In this document: one piece after another, positions 23,689 through 32,000 of the stretch | How positions within the stretch are numbered: position 1 is the stretch's first letter | Layout of the letters: every line of letters begins with the position of its first letter | Translations under genes and position numbers: made by a program | DNA from: Propionibacterium freudenreichii subsp. freudenreichii | Lineage (GTDB): Bacteria; Actinomycetota; Actinomycetes; Propionibacteriales; Propionibacteriaceae | Direction of reading: 5' to 3' | DNA length: 32,000 nucleotides | Assembly: GCF_000940845.1 (NCBI RefSeq) | Contig: NZ_CP010341.1 | Span: forward strand, 420,001-452,000 | The notes under the pieces: model-generated | What the model was told of the DNA's origin: nothing | What the model saw: the letters and a program-made list of their open reading frames with translations, nothing else | The model's database searches: none

Positions 23689-26600
23689 ATGACGACCAGC
23701 TCTGAGCGCACTCCCGCGAAGAATGAAGCCCCGAAGAATGATGGGGTGAACGTCGAAGCCGCTGACCCGACGGGCTTCGGACACAGCTACCACGCCGTGC
23801 CGGCGCGCATCGACCTGCCCGCGGTGGACCACGAGATCATCGCCCTGTGGGAGAAGAACAACACCTTCACCAAGTCGTGGGAAGCCTCCGAGGGCGGCCC
23901 GCGCTGGAACTTCTACGAGGGTCCGCCCACCGCCAACGGCCAGCCCGGCACGCACCACATCGAGGCGCGCGTGTTCAAGGACATGTTCCCCCGCTACAAG
24001 ACGATGCAGGGCTTCCGCGTTGACCGCAAGGCCGGCTGGGACTGCCATGGCCTGCCGGTGGAACTCGCCGTCGAGAAGGAACTCGGCTTCGATCACAAGA
24101 ACGAGATCGAGGAATACGGCATCGCGCGCTTCAACGAGAAGTGCCGCGAATCGGTCACCGAGCATGTCGACGAGTTCGCCGAACTCACCCGGCGCATGGG
24201 CTACTGGGTCAACATGGACGAGGCCTACTGGACGATGGCCCCCGAATACGTCGACTCCGAGTGGTGGGCGCTGCAGAAGATCTTCAACGACGGCCTGCTG
24301 GTGCAGGACTTCCGCGTCACCCCCTATTGCCCCCACGACGAGACCGCGCTGAGCGATCACGAGGTGTCGCAGGGCTACCGGGAGGTCACCGAACCGTCGA
24401 TCTACGTCGCCTTCCCGCTGACGTCGGGGCCGTGGGCCGAGCGCGGCGCCAAGCTGGCCGTGTGGACCACCACCCCCTGGACGCTCATCTCCAATACGGC
24501 GGTGGCCGTGGCCCCCGACGTCGACTATGTGCTGGCGTCCAACGGCCACGAGGAGCTCGTGGTGGCCGAGCCGCTGTTCGATGCGGTGCTCGGCGAGCAC
24601 GACGACGAGGGCAAGCCGGTCTGGCATGTGGTGGACAAGAAGCAGGGCGCGGCGATGGCCGGCTGGGACTACGAGCGTCCCTTCGACTTCGTGCCCTTCG
24701 ACAAGCGCGCCAACTACATCCTGACCGCCGACTATGTGACCACCGACGACGGCACCGGACTGGTGCACGAGGCGCCGGCCTTCGGCGCCGACGACATGGA
24801 GGTGGGCCGCGCCAACGGCCTGCCGGTGATCAACCCGATCCGTGCCGACGGCACCTTCGAGGCCGACCTTCCCCTGGTCGGTGGCCTGTTCTTCAAGGAC
24901 GCCGATCCGAAGGTGATCGACGACCTGACCAAGCGCGGCATCCTGCTCAGGACCGTGATGTACAAGCACTCCTACCCGCACTGCTGGCGCTGCGGAACGC
25001 CGCTGATCTACTACGCCCAGCCGAGCTGGTACATCCGCACCACCCAGCGCAAGCAGGAGCTGCTCGACCAGAACGAGAACACGATCTGGCACCCCGAGTC
25101 GATCAAGTGGGGCCGCTACGGCGACTGGCTGCGCAACAACATCGACTGGGCGCTGTCGCGCACCCGCTACTGGGGCACTCCGCTGCCGATCTGGCGCAAC
25201 GACAAGACCGACAAGCTGTACTGCGTCGGCTCGCGTGCCGAGCTGGCGAAGCTGGCGGGCAATCCCGACCTGGCCGACATGGACCCGCATCGTCCCTTCG
25301 TCGACGATGTCACCTTCCAGCTGGACGGCGAGCAGGGCACCTATCGTCGCGTGCCCGAGGTGATCGACGCCTGGTTCGATTCGGGCTCGATGTCGTTCGC
25401 GCAGTGGGGCTACCCGTGGGTGGAGGGCAGCCAGGAGAAGTTCGAGCAGCATTTCCCGGCCGACTTCATCTGTGAGGCGATCGACCAGACCCGCGGCTGG
25501 TTCTACACGATGATGACCGTGCCGACGCTCGTCTTCGGCGAATCGGCCTACAAGCGCGTGCTGTGTCTGGGCCACATCCTGGCCGAGGACGGCCGCAAGA
25601 TGAGCAAGCACCTGGGCAACATCCTGTTGCCCATCCCACTGATGGACGACCACGGTGCCGACGCGGTGCGTTGGTTCATGGCCGCCGCCGGATCGCCCTG
25701 GTCGGCGCGTCGCGTGGGGCCCACCACGCTGCAGGAGGTGGTGCGCAAGGTGATGCTCACCTACTGGAACACCGTCGCCTTCCAGAGCCTGTATGCCCGG
25801 GCCAACGACTGGACGCCCGATGGCGATGCCCCGCAGGTGGCCCAGCGCCAGGTGCTCGACCGCTGGTTGGCCTCGGCCACCCAGCAGCTGGTCGTCGACG
25901 TGACCGACGCGCTGGAGAACTACGACACGCAGCGCTACGGCGCGCTGATCTCGGGCTTCATCGACGAGATGTCGAACTGGTACGTGCGCCGTTCGCGTCG
26001 CCGCTTCTGGGACGGGGACGCCGGGGCCCTGTGGACCCTGCACGAGACCCTTGAGGTGCTCACGCGGCTGATGTGCCCGTTGGCGCCGTTCATCACCGAG
26101 AAGGTGTGGCAGGACATGTTCCGACCCACGCTGCCCGGTGCCGCCGAGTCGGTGCACATGACCACCTGGCCGAAGGCCGACACCGCGCTCATCGACGCAC
26201 AGCTCGACGACGCCATGGAGACCGCCCGCCGGCTGGTCGAGGTGGGACGCGCCGCCCGCGCCGAGGCGAAGGTGAAGACCCGCCAGCCGCTGTCGCGCGC
26301 GCTGGTGAGTTCGGCCGCGCTGGCGAAGCTCGACAGCGAACTCGTGGGGGAGATCACCTCCGAGCTCAACGTGGAGGAGCTGGATTCCTTCGCGTCGGCC
26401 GGTGACGTAGTGGAGTACAGCGCCAAGGCGAACTTCCGGGCGCTGGGCAAGCGCTACGGCAAGCAGACGCCCGTGGTGGCCAAGGCGATCGCGTCGGCCG
26501 ATGCGGCCCGGTTGGCCGAGCAGCTGGCCGCGGGCGACACGACCCTTGCCGTGGACGGCGTGGGTGACGTCGAGCTGAGTGGCGATGACGTCTTCCTCAC

Positions 26601-26949
26601 CGAGCGTCCGCGTGAGGGCTGGTCGGTGGCCGATGTGCAGGGCGACACCATCGCCCTCGACCTGACGATGACCCCCGAGCTGGTGAGTGCCGGCAGGGCC
26701 CGCGAGATGATCCGCTTCGTGCAGGAGTCGCGCAAGGCGGCCGGCCTGGACGTGTCCGACCGCATCGACCTGGCGTGGTCGTCACCCGACGACGAGCTGG
26801 CCAGGGCCATCGAGACCCATGCCGACTTCATCGCCGGCGAGGTGCTCGCCACGTCGATGCACCGCGAGGCCACCCCCGAACCGGGCTGGCGCAGCGACGA
26901 CGAGGCCCAGGTCTCGGTGCGCGTGGTGAAGGCCGAACAGCCCCTGTGA
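23689..26949 (+). CDS. ileS: Isoleucine--tRNA ligase, 1086 aa
   Basis: GAGGAA RBS. PPTANGQPGTHHIEARVFKD (HIGH-type motif), GWDCHGLPVE, KMSKHLGN (KMSKS motif). The track start 23440 reads through the T-box leader. Confidence 0.95.
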   Translation: MTTSSERTPAKNEAPKNDGVNVEAADPTGFGHSYHAVPARIDLPAVDHEIIALWEKNNTFTKSWEASEGGPRWNFYEGPPTANGQPGTHHIEARVFKDMFPRYKTMQGFRVDRKAGWDCHGLPVELAVEKELGFDHKNEIEEYGIARFNEKCRESVTEHVDEFAELTRRMGYWVNMDEAYWTMAPEYVDSEWWALQKIFNDGLLVQDFRVTPYCPHDETALSDHEVSQGYREVTEPSIYVAFPLTSGPWAERGAKLAVWTTTPWTLISNTAVAVAPDVDYVLASNGHEELVVAEPLFDAVLGEHDDEGKPVWHVVDKKQGAAMAGWDYERPFDFVPFDKRANYILTADYVTTDDGTGLVHEAPAFGADDMEVGRANGLPVINPIRADGTFEADLPLVGGLFFKDADPKVIDDLTKRGILLRTVMYKHSYPHCWRCGTPLIYYAQPSWYIRTTQRKQELLDQNENTIWHPESIKWGRYGDWLRNNIDWALSRTRYWGTPLPIWRNDKTDKLYCVGSRAELAKLAGNPDLADMDPHRPFVDDVTFQLDGEQGTYRRVPEVIDAWFDSGSMSFAQWGYPWVEGSQEKFEQHFPADFICEAIDQTRGWFYTMMTVPTLVFGESAYKRVLCLGHILAEDGRKMSKHLGNILLPIPLMDDHGADAVRWFMAAAGSPWSARRVGPTTLQEVVRKVMLTYWNTVAFQSLYARANDWTPDGDAPQVAQRQVLDRWLASATQQLVVDVTDALENYDTQRYGALISGFIDEMSNWYVRRSRRRFWDGDAGALWTLHETLEVLTRLMCPLAPFITEKVWQDMFRPTLPGAAESVHMTTWPKADTALIDAQLDDAMETARRLVEVGRAARAEAKVKTRQPLSRALVSSAALAKLDSELVGEITSELNVEELDSFASAGDVVEYSAKANFRALGKRYGKQTPVVAKAIASADAARLAEQLAAGDTTLAVDGVGDVELSGDDVFLTERPREGWSVADVQGDTIALDLTMTPELVSAGRAREMIRFVQESRKAAGLDVSDRIDLAWSSPDDELARAIETHADFIAGEVLATSMHREATPEPGWRSDDEAQVSVRVVKAEQPL

Positions 26950-26983
26950 ACCGGATGATCTGAAGCAGGGCGCAGAACTACCA

Positions 26984-27043
26984 AGAAGATGTCCCGTCGC
27001 CAGGAGGCGGCGGGACATCTTCTGTTGTGTGTTCTGTTGTGTG
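26984..27043. terminator. Strong, probably bidirectional, intrinsic terminator between convergent ileS and the oxidoreductase gene
   Basis: 18-bp stem AGAAGATGTCCCGTCGCC / GGCGGCGGGACATCTTCT with one G-U pair and loop AGGA. Followed on the plus strand by the T-rich GTTGTGTGTTCTGTTGTGTG. On the minus strand the stem is followed by TTGGTAGTTCTG. Confidence 0.85.
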
Positions 27044-27075
27044 GGTTCCGGGTTGCCCCGGGTTGCGGCAGGCCC

Positions 27076-28062
27076 TCAGAAGTCCTCGTCGTCCAGCGGG
27101 CGGTACCCGAGCTGCTCCAGCGCGTGGGTCATCGCGCAGGCCACCGCGATGGAGTCATCGAGTGGCACGAAGGGGTGTTCGGTGAGGCCGGCCTCGATGG
27201 CCTCGCTCACGGCGGAGAGCTCCAGGCGGTAGCCGCGCCCGGGGAAGGGCAGCGTGACGTGCTCGGGCTCGTCGTCGTCGCGGTGCACCACGATGCTCGT
27301 CGGGTGGTGGAAGCGCGGCTCCACCTCGATGAAGCCGTCGGTGCCCATGATGGTCATGCGGCCCGGGCCGTGGGCCTGCAGCGAGATGCTCAGCTGTGCG
27401 GTGGCACCCGAGGCGTAGCGCAGCTGCATCGACGCGCTGGCATCCACCCGGGTCTCGGCGAGCTGGCCGGTGCAATCCACGGCGATCGGCTCACCCAGGA
27501 AGTCCTGCGCGAAATGGAGCGCGTAGACGCCCAGGTCGAGCATGGCGCCACCACCCAGCCCGGGCGCGAACAGCCGGTCGGTGGCATTGAAGGCCCGGTA
27601 GGCGAACAGATCGCCCTGCACGCAGGTGATGTCGCCGATGCGTCCGGTGGCGACCGCCTCATGGGCGGCACGGATCGCCGGCAGGAACCGGGTCCACATG
27701 CCCTCCATGGCGAACACGCCCTCCTGCCGGGCGGCCCGCGCCAGTTCCCGGGTGTGCTGCACCTGGCAGGTCATCGACTTCTCCACCAGCACCGCCTTGT
27801 TGGCGCCGATGACCGCCAGCGCCAGGGCATAGTGCTGCGCGTTCGGGGTGCCGATGTAGATGGCGTCGACATCGGGGTCGTCGAGCAGCTCGCGGTAGGA
27901 GCCGTGCGCATGGGGCAGGCCGAACTCGGCGGCGAACTGCCCGGCGCGCTCGGCGCTGCGTGAGCCGACTGCCACCAGTTCCGCGTGCTGCGCGGCGGTG
28001 AACTCGGTGGCCATGATGCGGGCGATACGTCCCGACCCTGCAATACCCCAGCGAACGGTCAT
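27076..28062 (-). CDS. Gfo/Idh/MocA-family NAD(P)-dependent oxidoreductase, 328 aa
   Basis: Start MTVRWGIAGSGRIARIM (Rossmann GxGxxG) at 28062, then AIYIGTPNAQH and VLVEKSM. The 904-aa track ORF is a 5' extension running antisense through ask. Confidence 0.85.
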   Translation of the reverse strand: MTVRWGIAGSGRIARIMATEFTAAQHAELVAVGSRSAERAGQFAAEFGLPHAHGSYRELLDDPDVDAIYIGTPNAQHYALALAVIGANKAVLVEKSMTCQVQHTRELARAARQEGVFAMEGMWTRFLPAIRAAHEAVATGRIGDITCVQGDLFAYRAFNATDRLFAPGLGGGAMLDLGVYALHFAQDFLGEPIAVDCTGQLAETRVDASASMQLRYASGATAQLSISLQAHGPGRMTIMGTDGFIEVEPRFHHPTSIVVHRDDDEPEHVTLPFPGRGYRLELSAVSEAIEAGLTEHPFVPLDDSIAVACAMTHALEQLGYRPLDDEDF

Positions 28063-28230
28063 GGACGAAATACTAGGGAGCCGGGCAACACCATGCGTCC
28101 ACGGTGGGCAATCGTGGCGGGTCGTGCGCCGCCACAGCGCCCGGAGCTGTCGTTCACTGACCGGCGCGGGGCCGGCTCGACGGGTCGCCATCCCGGTAGA
28201 CTGACGCCGTTGATCGTTCGGAAGGACCCC

Positions 28231-29505
28231 ATGTCCAGGATCGTCCAGAAGTATGGCGGATCGTCGGTTGCGGATGCGGAGTCGATCAAGCGCGTCGCGC
28301 GCAAGATCGCCCGTGCCAAGCAGCGCGGCGATGCCGTGACCGTTGTCATCTCCGCAATGGGTGACACCACCGATGAGCTGATGGACCTCGCCTACCAGGT
28401 GAGCCCCCAGCCCCAGACCCGTGAGCTCGACATGCTGCTCACCACCGGCGAGCGCCAGTCGGCCGCGCTGTTGGCGATGGCGTTGAACGACCTCGGCGTC
28501 AAGGCTCGCAGCTACACCGGCAGCCAGGCGGGCGTGATCACCACCGAGCGCCACGGCGACGCCCGCATCGTGACCATCACCCCCGGACGCATCGAGAAAT
28601 CGCTCGCCCAGGGCAATGTGACGATCGTCGCCGGCTTCCAGGGCGTCAGCCAGGACACCAAGGACGTCACCACGCTGGGTCGCGGCGCCTCCGACACCAC
28701 GGCCATCGCCCTGGCGGCCGTGCTGGGCGCCAAGTACTGCGAGATCTACACCGACGTCGACGGCGTCTTCACCGCGGACCCGCGCATCGTGCCCACCGCC
28801 AAGCGCATCCCCGAAATCACCTACGAAGAGATGATGGAGATGGCCGCGGCCGGCACCAAGGTGCTGCACCTGCGGGCCGTCGAATACGCGCGCCGCGAGG
28901 GCATCGCGGTGCATGTGCGCAGTTCGTTCAGTGACAACCCCGGCACCTGGGTCAAGGGACATGCCGACATCGCGAAGGGGAATCAGATGGAAGAGGCCAT
29001 GATCACCGGCATCGCGTCGGACGCCAGCGAGGCGAAGATCACCGTCGTCGGCGTGCCCGACGAGGTGGGTCGCGCCGCGCGCACCTTCGACGTGATGGCT
29101 GCCGCCGAGATCAACATCGACATGATCGTGCAGAATGTGTCGGCCGTCAGCACCGGACGCACCGACATCTCGTTCACGCTGCCGATGTCCGACGGGCAGC
29201 GCGCCGTGCAGGCGCTGAACGCCGTGAAGGACGAGATCGGCTTCGAGGAGCTGCTCTACGACGACCAGATCGGCAAGGTCAGCGTGATCGGCATCGGCAT
29301 GCGCACCCATCCGGGTGTGACGGCCGCGTTCTTCGACGCCCTGGCCGCCAATGACATCAACATTGACATGATCTCCACCTCCGAGATCCGCATCTCCGTG
29401 ATCGTCGAGGCGCCCAAGCTGGCCACGGCCGTGCAGGCCGCGCACACCACCTTCGGGCTCGACACCAATGGTGAGGCCGTCGTCTACGCAGGAACGGGGC
29501 GTTGA
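28231..29505 (+). CDS. ask: Aspartate kinase (alpha subunit frame), 424 aa
   Basis: GGAAGGA RBS. MSRIVQKYGGSSVADAESIKRVA, VVISAMGDTTDEL, YTDVDGVFTADPR, and two C-terminal ACT domains. Confidence 0.93.
   Translation: MSRIVQKYGGSSVADAESIKRVARKIARAKQRGDAVTVVISAMGDTTDELMDLAYQVSPQPQTRELDMLLTTGERQSAALLAMALNDLGVKARSYTGSQAGVITTERHGDARIVTITPGRIEKSLAQGNVTIVAGFQGVSQDTKDVTTLGRGASDTTAIALAAVLGAKYCEIYTDVDGVFTADPRIVPTAKRIPEITYEEMMEMAAAGTKVLHLRAVEYARREGIAVHVRSSFSDNPGTWVKGHADIAKGNQMEEAMITGIASDASEAKITVVGVPDEVGRAARTFDVMAAAEINIDMIVQNVSAVSTGRTDISFTLPMSDGQRAVQALNAVKDEIGFEELLYDDQIGKVSVIGIGMRTHPGVTAAFFDALAANDINIDMISTSEIRISVIVEAPKLATAVQAAHTTFGLDTNGEAVVYAGTGR
28987..29505 (+). CDS. Possible nested in-frame aspartokinase beta subunit (ACT domains only)
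   Basis: Internal ATG 28987 preceded by AAGGGGA (gcgAAGGGGAatcagATG). The product begins MEEAMITGIASDASEAKITVVGV, which parallels the Corynebacterium glutamicum lysC-beta start region as I remember it. Confidence 0.45.
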   Translation: MEEAMITGIASDASEAKITVVGVPDEVGRAARTFDVMAAAEINIDMIVQNVSAVSTGRTDISFTLPMSDGQRAVQALNAVKDEIGFEELLYDDQIGKVSVIGIGMRTHPGVTAAFFDALAANDINIDMISTSEIRISVIVEAPKLATAVQAAHTTFGLDTNGEAVVYAGTGR

Positions 29506-29861
29506 CCTATAGGCCTCGTCGGGCCGGGGAAGGCTCACCGGACAAGCCCGCGCGCTCACGGCGCTGGGGCGGGCCCGGCGATGCTGGCCCCGTGCCCGAA
29601 CAGGGCCCCGAACTCCCGCAGGAGACCTCCGCGGCGGACTACTCGCCCGGCCACGGTTCGTCCAGCCACGGCGGCGCCATCGATCGGCTGAGCCGCCGCC
29701 CCGAGCGGGCGGTGCACTCGGCCGAGGACACCGGACGCATCCCGGCTGTCGGGGCACCGATCCGTCGTCCCCGTGCCGATGCCCCGGCATCCGGCCAGCC
29801 CGACGAACCCACCCAGCCGGTGGGGCGCGGAACCAGCAACAGCGACGAGACGTCCACGGAA

Positions 29862-31535
29862 ATGACCATGACCAATATGGCCGCCGTGGACGACGAGATC
29901 GACGCCGCCGACCGCAAGAACCTCGGCCGCAATTCGCTGCTCATGGCATCGGGCACGCTGGTCAGCCGCGTGCTGGGCATGGTGAACGCCATGCTGCTGG
30001 CCAAGGTGGTGGGCCAGGCGCTCGCCGCCGACGCCTTCCGGCTGGCCAATACGCTGCCCAACTACATCCTGGTGCTGCTGTCCGGCGGCATCCTCAACGC
30101 GGTGCTGCTGCCGCAGATCACCAAGGCGATGAAGCGCCCCGATGGGGGCAAGGACTTCGTGGACCGCCTGCTGACGGCCACCCTCACCCTGATCCTCGTG
30201 GTGGCGGTGTTGTGCACCGCGGGCGCCGGGGTGTTGATGCGGGTCCTCTACCAACTTGAGGGCGCCGGCCTGCACCTGGGCATCGCCTTCGCCTATATCT
30301 GCATGCCGCAGGTGCTGTTCTATGCGCTGTTCGCGGTGCTGGGCAATCTGCTCAACGCCCGCGGATCGTTCGGCGCCTTCGGCTGGGCCCCGGTGGTCAA
30401 CAACGTGGTGGCCATCGGCGGCGAGATCGTCTTCCTGAGCCTGTGGGGCCAGCAGGCGGACCCGTCGGTGTGGAGCTCGCAGATGGTGTGGACGCTGGCG
30501 GGCAGCGCCACCCTGGGCATCATCGCCCAGACGCTCGTGCTGCTGCCGGTGCTGAAGAAGATCGGCTTCCGCTACACGCCCCGCTTCGGACTGCGCGGCT
30601 ACGGCTTCGGTCAGGTGGGACGCTTCGCGGCGCTCACCTTCATCGCCCTGTGCATCGCCCAGGCCGGCGGCATCTACATCGCCAATGTGGCCTCGGGCAT
30701 GATGTACCGCGCCCCGCAGGGCACGACGGTGGCCGGCTATGCGGCCTATCAGAACGCGATGACGCTGTTCCAGATGCCCTATTCGCTGATCGGCTTCTCG
30801 ATCCTCACCGCCCTGTTCCCGCAACTGGCCAGGGCCTGGCAACGTCGGGCGAGCGCGGGGCTGGGCGACGCCCGCGACCTGGTCTACCGGGGGCTCACCC
30901 TGCCGGCGGTCGGCATCATCCCGGTCGCCTTCCTGCTCATGGCGCTGGCCCGGCCCATCGTGCGCGGCATCTACTGGGGCATCTCACCGGCGCAGGCGTC
31001 GGTCACCGCCCCGCTGCTCATGTTGATGGCGGCGGCCCTGCTGCCGTTCACGATCGTCACTTTCCAGCAGCAGTTCTGCTTCGCGCTGGAGCGCGGCTTC
31101 ACGAACCTGTGGATGCAGTGCCTGGTCACGGCCGTGCAGGTGGGCTTCGGGTTCGCCGCACAACGCCTCGACCCGGCCCACGGCGTCGAGATCATCTGCC
31201 TGGGCATGATCGCCGGCAACTCGGTGCTCGCGATCGTCTTCGTGCTCTATGCCCGCCGCGAGATGGAGGGCATCGGCCTGGCGCGGATGATCTGGCTCTA
31301 CCTGCGGCTGGCAGTGGCCTCGTTGCTGGGCGCCACGCCCGCCTACCTGGTGGGACGCGTGGTCGTCGCCTCGCAGGCCGATTCGTTGATCTCACAGTTC
31401 GGCGCGATGGCGCTGGGTGCGGTGGTGTTCATCATCGGTTTCCTGATCGGCGTGAAGCTGCTTGCCATCGACGAATTCCGGGCCTTCCTGCGGCCGATCC
31501 TGCGGCGCCTGCACCTGGTGCGCAGCGCCGAATAG
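29862..31535 (+). CDS. murJ: Lipid II flippase MurJ (MviN family)
   Basis: SLLMASGTLVSRVLGMVNAMLLAKVVG, FRLANTLPNYILVLLSGGILNAVLLPQ, and about 14 TM segments. A conservative ATG 29862 is used here. The frame stays open back to TTG 29502 (TTGA overlap with the ask stop) and GTG 29592, so the true start may be further upstream. Confidence 0.8.
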   Translation: MTMTNMAAVDDEIDAADRKNLGRNSLLMASGTLVSRVLGMVNAMLLAKVVGQALAADAFRLANTLPNYILVLLSGGILNAVLLPQITKAMKRPDGGKDFVDRLLTATLTLILVVAVLCTAGAGVLMRVLYQLEGAGLHLGIAFAYICMPQVLFYALFAVLGNLLNARGSFGAFGWAPVVNNVVAIGGEIVFLSLWGQQADPSVWSSQMVWTLAGSATLGIIAQTLVLLPVLKKIGFRYTPRFGLRGYGFGQVGRFAALTFIALCIAQAGGIYIANVASGMMYRAPQGTTVAGYAAYQNAMTLFQMPYSLIGFSILTALFPQLARAWQRRASAGLGDARDLVYRGLTLPAVGIIPVAFLLMALARPIVRGIYWGISPAQASVTAPLLMLMAAALLPFTIVTFQQQFCFALERGFTNLWMQCLVTAVQVGFGFAAQRLDPAHGVEIICLGMIAGNSVLAIVFVLYARREMEGIGLARMIWLYLRLAVASLLGATPAYLVGRVVVASQADSLISQFGAMALGAVVFIIGFLIGVKLLAIDEFRAFLRPILRRLHLVRSAE

Positions 31536-31598
31536 GCCCTCGACGACCCGCCGGGGTGCCGCCTCCCAGCGTCTGCCCGCCGTGGCAGGTGGGGCACA

Positions 31599-32000
31599 AT
31601 GAACAAAGTGTCCTTCCTTCGGCGTCTCGGTAATTGGCTCACCAGCCCCCGTGTGCTGGCCCTGCTCATCGGCGTCGGCGGCATCATCAATGTGGTGGGG
31701 GTGATCGCCGCACCCCATGGTTCGCGGCGCATGCGCATGGTGCTCGACGTCTTCTCTCCCACCGTGGTGGGCCTGGCGTCGGTGGCCACGGCAATCGTCG
31801 GCCTGGTGCTCATTGCGCTGAGCACCGGCCTGAAGCACCGCAAGCGCGTCGCCTGGTGGCTGGCCGTCGCGATGGTCGTGATGACGGTGCTGCTGCACGT
31901 GGTGAAGGGCTTCGACTTCGAGCAGTCCATCGCCGGGCTGGTGGTGCTCGCGCTCCTGGTGGCCGGGCACCGCCACTTCACCGGCATCCCCGACCCGCGG
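31599..32000 (+). CDS. Membrane protein, 5' fragment running off the right edge (possibly MprF/LysX-type lysyl-phosphatidylglycerol synthase-like; weak)
   Basis: Absent from the ORF track because there is no in-window stop. ATG 31599 with GGTGGGG upstream, then 134 open codons: MNKVSFLRRLGNWLTSPRVLALLIGVGGIINVVGVIAAP...LKHRKRVAWWLAVAMVVMTVLLHVVKGFDFEQSIAGLVVLALLVAG. At least 4 TM helices. The functional guess is from pattern memory only. Confidence 0.55.
   Translation, partial: MNKVSFLRRLGNWLTSPRVLALLIGVGGIINVVGVIAAPHGSRRMRMVLDVFSPTVVGLASVATAIVGLVLIALSTGLKHRKRVAWWLAVAMVVMTVLLHVVKGFDFEQSIAGLVVLALLVAGHRHFTGIPDPR

Noticed and set aside
23251-26157. 968-aa minus-strand ORF, the longest antisense ORF in the track
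   Set aside because: It lies entirely antisense to ileS, whose product has unmistakable synthetase motifs. Its translation is Arg/Gly/His/Val-rich with no recognisable domain. This is the usual stop-free antisense frame of high-GC coding DNA.
28063-28230. 168-nt region upstream of aspartokinase considered as a lysine or other amino-acid riboswitch
   Set aside because: I could not recognise any conserved riboswitch core or terminator/antiterminator alternative. It is more simply a divergent promoter region; a TAGACT -10-like hexamer lies at about 28196-28201. A covariance-model scan would settle it.
27076-29790. 904-aa version of the oxidoreductase ORF and the 506-aa version of ask (27985 start)
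   Set aside because: Both are 5' extensions produced by taking the most upstream alternative start. The Rossmann motif directly follows ATG 28062. For ask, the canonical MSRIVQKYGGSS start with its RBS is at 28231. The extensions overlap each other's genes on opposite strands.

Overview
GC-rich actinobacterial chromosome segment. Gene content and synteny look Propionibacteriales-like, but the taxon is a guess. The left 8 kb carries a minus-strand type I-G (formerly I-U) CRISPR-Cas gene set: csb1/cas7u, csb2/cas5-6u, cas3 with a C-terminal HD domain, a short cas8u-like gene, and a cas4-cas1 fusion. The fusion runs off the left edge and is therefore missing from the supplied ORF track. The operon abuts tRNA-Ser(GGA), and no CRISPR array lies inside the window. 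Next come ilvA and a candidate SRP RNA (ffs) hidden in a 470-nt spacer that looks empty. An apparent nitrite/NO operon follows, preceded by an AT-rich perfect palindrome: DUF2249 protein, wHTH regulator with a Cys-rich C-terminal domain, polytopic membrane protein, and an 878-aa membrane domain + cupredoxin + NirK fusion. After that sits a secreted CnaB-type surface protein with its own class F sortase. The right half is a housekeeping block: dnaX-ybaB-recR, an orphan hypothetical gene, T-box-controlled ileS, a Gfo/Idh/MocA oxidoreductase, aspartokinase, murJ, and the 5' end of another membrane-protein gene that is also missing from the track. Many long ORFs in the track are antisense or off-frame artefacts of the high GC content. 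All family assignments come from motif recognition by eye; no searches were run.
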